64,000 nucleotides of DNA from Selaginella moellendorffii (taxonomy: Eukaryota > Plantae > Lycopodiophyta), in contig NW_003314267.1 in assembly GCF_000143415.4 (NCBI RefSeq), positions 3,223,407-3,287,406 of the forward strand, in the 5' to 3' direction. Below, one piece after another: positions 61,001 through 64,000 of this stretch. Below the pieces are notes generated by a model. That model was not told the origin of the DNA. It worked only from the letters and a program-made list of their open reading frames with translations, and ran no database searches. Within the stretch, counting starts at the first letter, position 1, and the number at the start of each line of letters is the position of its first letter. The position numbers and the translations under genes are program-made.

Positions 61001-64000
61001 CATTCTAACCGTGTATCACGACTTCGGAGCATCCCCCACTTGGCGGTGTGCCCAAGCCAGTCTCCTCACTGAGAGTCCATGACCATCGAAATATGAGTGT
61101 CCTCATATTCCAAACCATCACCACGCCCTAGTGATTTGGGACTTGAACCCAAGCACTAGTGGGTCGGGACTCGAACCCAACCTCCGTATATGCATCTACG
61201 GATGGCATCACCCAAGATGCCTGGCATGACTCATCATGCCGGTGCACCAACTTATACTTAAAGCGCGCTACAGATCACAGGTTAAGAACTTAGTTCCTCT
61301 ACACTACCAAGTCCTCTCACTTGACAAGTCTGTGATCATGCATGGACTCCTCCATATTTGGCCCCACGGCCCACCCTTTTTGAAGTTATCACCTTCAACT
61401 AGGGTACTTGTTCCCCCGATTTGCCAATCTCACTTGGCAAGTCCTCTGACCACTGTAACATAGTTCTTGCATAAGTATGAAAGTCTTTGACCATCGACTT
61501 TCGTTCAAAGCCCTCTCTTTGAACACTCGGGAACTACTTCCCTAACCTTGATAGTCTTGCCTCATGGCAAGCTTCAAGACCACGCTTCTGCTGCGCCACT
61601 CTGATTTTGCTTGTTCCATGAACCATTTACACTTGGCCTTTCTAGGTACTAAGCTACCTAGAATCGTCTTTGGGAACCTTGAAGGAACTCTGTCCCTTAG
61701 CTTGCTAAGGCCTCCCTTTTCGCAAGCTTTATAGCTACCATATAGTCTAACATGGACAATTCCATATTTTAGACTCTCCATGGCATCACGGTTGCTAGCA
61801 ACAACATCCTCGAGCACCCTCTTGATTCTCCACTCCCAACTTGCATAACCACCGTTGGATATGCCCTTCAATTTCCATGGTTCAGTACCATCCCAATACT
61901 ACTTGCCTTTTGGCCCCATATGTTTCCTTTGGTTATTCTCCTCCAGACTAGGAGGATAGCTTTGCACATTTTACTATGCCTTAGTAAGTATTCTTAGGGA
62001 TGAACCTACCCGATAGCCTAGGGAGTGGTTCCTCAATCTTGGGCATGCTCACCTTATAATCCCACACATCGGGATTAACGTTGCTGCTTATAGGCCTTTA
62101 CATGCACATCACTAGCCTTGCCAAAATTCCATTTTTGGCTTTGTCCAATTCGGGTAGACAGTCTTCTTCTGTCTCCACAACCTTGGACATTTGGATAGCA
62201 CCTACTATCCATCATTCGCTAGGGACTTAGTCCCTTGAGCCTTGTCTATTGCCATTGCGACACGAAACACCACTTCCTGGTGTTCTAGAGTGTTTGGGTG
62301 TCCCAATGATAGGCTCCTGACAATGACCATTCCCGTTTACGACATTGACTTACTATATCGCAACATAAGCAATTTATCACTCGTAAGGGTATCTCTAACC
62401 TCCTTATGCCATTAAGAAGTCTTGGGTAGCTACCTTTTACCCATTTAACCAATTATCTTGCACCTCTTACTTAGTTGCCCCATAGTTGTTAAGTCCTACA
62501 ACTTATTGCTTGGTGCTTCCACACCTCCATCATTATCTGGGCCACCACACTCCAACCGCATGCCTTCCAGCTTAGGCCATGCCATTCCCGCTTCCGTTAG
62601 GATTCCCTTGGCAAAGGGTTCTTATGAACTCACCATCATAACCTCAAGGTATCACACTTTGGCACATTTGATGTCTCCACACCATCGGCCCCACGAGCCT
62701 ACCCTTATGATACTATTTATTAGTGTCTAGGTCTTTGCCAAGACCAATATAGTTGTTCCTCATGCTAACTATCTGTTAAAACTACACCATAGTGTTTGCA
62801 CCTAACTCTGGGCCAAAGTTTCTTTCTTCTGGGAACATCTTTCCCACAACTTTAGTATGGCACATTCTGCCATTAATGAGATACCTACTATTCTCATACT
62901 TGGATCTTATGATCCTCCCCATACCTCATGGGGCACCATACACCTCAATCCAAATGCTCCAACCAATCCCTTAAGACCATTCCCTGACTCCGCTTGAGTC
63001 ATCCAGCATTTTGGACTTTGCTAATCCAACAACCTGCAAGGTCTCAATCTTAGAGGTGCCAAATCACTGGAATACAACTTCTTGTATTCATGTCCTACTC
63101 ACAAGGACTGTTACTCCGACACTTAATGATTTTCTTGGGGCTAACCTTTGCCCCTTAGGACTACTTGTCCATGTGATGAGAATAGCAACTCATCTTTAAG
63201 TACACCCCCAACTCCTTGGGTTGTTTCAGCATTTATTAGAGGTAGCCCCGGCTACCATTTCAAGGATTGGTGTCCTCTTCTGTATTTGACCTCCCACGGT
63301 CAACAATTTTGGTCTCAAATTTATAAGTACTAGCCTCAACCATATAAGGGTAATTTTGTGACTCCTTTATTGTTTTGGAGTCTGCATCTTTCCCGTGATC
63401 TCAACTATAGTTGTTTACCACAACTACATTAGCTTGTTTGTTGCGTCAAACGCTTATCTGGATCACATCCTCAGCTCTCTAAGGAAACCCTTACACTGTT
63501 CCCAAGATCCCAAAGTCGTTCCCTTACTGGCCCTTTTCCATCCACCATATTGTGCACAAGTTCATGCATGAACTTGAGTGGAGAGCTTTCGACACGCTAC
63601 TCCTCGAGGATAGATCCATATCTAGGACCTTCTGATTCCAATACAAGCAGTGATACACTTGGCCACCAATAAGAGTCGGACTAAGGAACAGCTCCGATAC
63701 CAAGTTGTAAGCGACTAAATTTTCCATTCTACTTTAGTCACTTAACCACACCTCCAACCGTCTGGAGGAGTCTCACTCACAACCTCCATAAGTCCTATTT
63801 CAGACTTGGGCTTGCTAGCCCCGAGAATGGCATCCCCGCCACTCAACCTTTGCACTTGATCCAAGTGCTCCACGTGTCCAATCTCATAACCGACACCCCA
63901 AGGTACCACCGACATATTAGCCCGTTACGCTAAAGCCATGCCCCTTTTCCTTGGTCACACCAGTGGTCTAACACCACCTGCATCATAGTCCCATCTCTCA
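58019..64000 (-). mobile_element. Family A copy A5 (3' LTR 58019-59692, internal 59693-63705, 5' LTR from 63706 past the window end)
   Basis: LTR TGTAAGC...GTCTCACA; PBS TGGTATCGGAGC at 63691-63702. The two LTR starts share diagnostic variants. Confidence 0.92.

Overview
Plant nuclear, transposon-dense window, most consistent with a lycophyte such as Selaginella (inference from S-motif-rich PLS-PPR genes, 58-75 nt introns, tRNA-iMet primer sites). Both ends (1-13571 and 38899-64000) are nests of one non-coding ~7 kb LTR family ('family A', five copies, three inserted into other copies). Family A has repeat-filled ~1.5 kb LTRs, an eroded Ty3/gypsy pol and a conserved hairpin-rich core with twin tRNA T-arm/B-box motifs. 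Also present are a decayed full-length chromovirus (49465-56796), a 3.3 kb gypsy derivative with 112-bp LTRs lacking protease and RT (16157-19486), and nested copia remnants. The central island (22.6-38.8 kb) holds an intact PLS-E PPR gene overlapping an intronless Uma2/PD-(D/E)XK nuclease-fold ORF, PPR pseudogenes and a spliced DUF3669-like kinase-fold gene. It also holds a frameshifted beta-class N4C/N6A DNA methyltransferase remnant (37780-38746, minus strand) that the ORF track largely misses. All family calls come from motif recognition by eye; no database searches were run.
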